Translations under genes and position numbers: made by a program
In this document: one piece after another, positions 63,901 through 64,000 of the stretch
Position numbering within the stretch: the first letter of the stretch is position 1
Layout: every line of letters begins with the position of its first letter
Source: Octopus bimaculoides
Taxonomy: Eukaryota
Direction: 5' to 3'
Length of the DNA stretch: 64,000 nucleotides
Assembly: GCF_001194135.2 (NCBI RefSeq)
Contig: NC_068994.1
Location: 59,039,421-59,103,420, forward strand
Notes under the pieces: generated by a model
Databases searched by the model: none
Seen by the model: only the letters and a program-made list of their open reading frames with translations
What the model was told of the DNA's origin: nothing

Positions 63901-64000
63901 TGAAAGGAAATAAACCCTTAAAAACCTCATTCTCCTGACACTCAGGTCCAAGCAGGAGCCCAGCTGCCAGGACAGAGAGAGGGGCAACAGTGTCTACAAT

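Overview
Repeat-rich animal scaffold with 8 N-gaps. It is most likely an octopod cephalopod, inferred from the SINE families, RTE LINE remnants and very high microsatellite density. One protein-coding gene is solidly supported: LMAN1/ERGIC-53 on the minus strand, with 15 coding exons from 59590 (or 59545) to 27163. I assembled it by hand. Every intron is GT-AG and phase-consistent, giving 518 aa from ATG 59545 or 533 aa from ATG 59590. The protein has a signal peptide, L-type lectin domain, coiled-coil stalk, TM helix and KKFY tail. Intron 1 is about 22 kb. The rest is decayed transposons (Tigger/pogo, hAT-Tip100-like, probable Helitron, RTE, CR1-like and RLE-type LINEs), intact MITEs, several SINE families and simple repeats. 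There are no rRNA/tRNA genes or CRISPR arrays, and I found no demonstrable new system. The best leads are: a candidate 24-nt micro-exon of an unannotated minus-strand gene at 8.16 kb; sharp CpG-rich/CpG-poor domains hinting at neighbouring transcription units; an overlapping uORF with two in-frame ATGs in LMAN1; an extra weak-donor intron in the lectin domain; and several near-perfect hairpins in or near LMAN1. TE and SINE boundaries are approximate; family assignments come from remembered motifs, not database searches.
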